A stretch of DNA of 63,708 nt, counting the filler, from Octopus bimaculoides (taxonomy: Eukaryota), in the NCBI RefSeq assembly GCF_001194135.2. It is 7 parts of 6 records of this genome, joined end to end, with 100 filler letters (N's around TTAATTAATTAA, not from the genome) between each part and the next. Parts side by side here need not be neighbours in the genome. Positions count along the whole stretch, not along the records: positions 60,415 to 63,708 come from NC_068993.1; 6 more parts are not named here. One strand, 5' to 3'. Each line of letters starts with the position of its first letter. Within the stretch, counting starts at the first letter, position 1. Positions 63,641-63,708 of this stretch are shown piece by piece. A program made the position numbers and the translations under genes. The notes under the pieces were generated by a model that made no database searches, was not told where the DNA came from, and saw nothing but the letters and a program-made list of their open reading frames with translations.

Positions 63641-63708
<68 letters not shown>
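63640..63708. repeat. (GA)n microsatellite
   Basis: Directly visible. Confidence 0.95.

Overview
Eukaryotic (animal) genomic DNA, gene-poor and very rich in microsatellites and transposons, with many N gaps. The SINE families and repeat density suggest an octopus or other coleoid cephalopod; this is an inference, not confirmed by search. Six 100-bp gaps contain an artificial TTAATTAATTAA spacer, so contiguity across them is unproven. Host coding sequence is limited to one + strand exon of a GPR158/CG31760-like class C GPCR (4798-4943) and three phase-compatible + strand exons encoding the hinge of a GGA adaptor (51607-53072). The rest is retroelement remnants (RTE, CR1, Dong/R4, Tx1/L1-like, Penelope, Naiad-like PLE), several tRNA-derived SINE families, maT/Tc1-mariner, pogo-like, piggyBac-like and Helitron-like pieces, and long palindromes. 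The most notable unannotated signal is a set of type I hammerhead ribozyme motifs with palindromic stem III. Three have an intact catalytic core (29872-29945, 41027-41072, 59818-59946). Several more are decayed, including a three-copy ~490-bp repeat (44835-45900) and a two-hammerhead cassette around a 25-bp hairpin (59168-59946). No prokaryotic features or CRISPR arrays were seen. All family calls are from hand translation and motif recall, not database searches.
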